A stretch of 64,000 nt of DNA. It comes from Alphaproteobacteria bacterium. GTDB taxonomy: Bacteria > Pseudomonadota > Alphaproteobacteria > UBA828. The translations under genes were made by a program, and so were the position numbers. Shown piece after piece: positions 63,973-64,000 of the stretch (positions are counted from its first letter, which is position 1; the number at the start of each line of letters is the position of its first letter). Location of the stretch: NCBI GenBank assembly GCA_965237415.1, contig CBDEFM010000002.1:1568001-1632000 (forward strand), read 5' to 3'. Under the pieces are notes generated by a model. The model saw only the letters and a list, made by a program, of their open reading frames with translations. It was not told where the DNA came from and ran no database searches.

Positions 63973-64000
63973 ACCGGATTGTATCTAACCTTATTTCTTG

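Overview
High-GC bacterial DNA, most likely alphaproteobacterial (inferred from gene content). It mixes catabolic and transport genes with heavily decayed mobile DNA. The left part holds a GntR/FAH pair, a heterodimeric ABC exporter, an MFS pseudogene cut by an intact-looking IS256 (9-bp target duplication), and a YtfQRT/YjfF-like sugar ABC operon with an XylB-like dehydrogenase and a LacI regulator separated from it by a degraded IS1634. At 18-27 kb is an accessory island: a histidine-decarboxylase-like gene with a tandem-ACT partner, then nested elements (IS21 end, IS110 fragment, 3'-truncated group II intron, IS630, IS66 tail carrying a DUF4338 gene) and a DUF2779 nuclease-like gene. The right part holds a MetE-like enzyme, two unusual PIN toxin-antitoxin modules, nucleoside-salvage genes, oxidoreductases and dioxygenases, and a double hydantoinase/oxoprolinase cluster with a thiolase and a TPP decarboxylase. 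Three small repeat or MITE families are visible. I found no rRNA, tRNA or CRISPR array. The best candidates for an undescribed system are the IS66-borne DUF4338 (Mom-like motifs), the large antitoxin-fusion + PIN pair at 62.6-64 kb, the decarboxylase-ACT cassette and the VapC-DUF3775 fusion. All family calls come from motif recognition by eye; no database searches were run.
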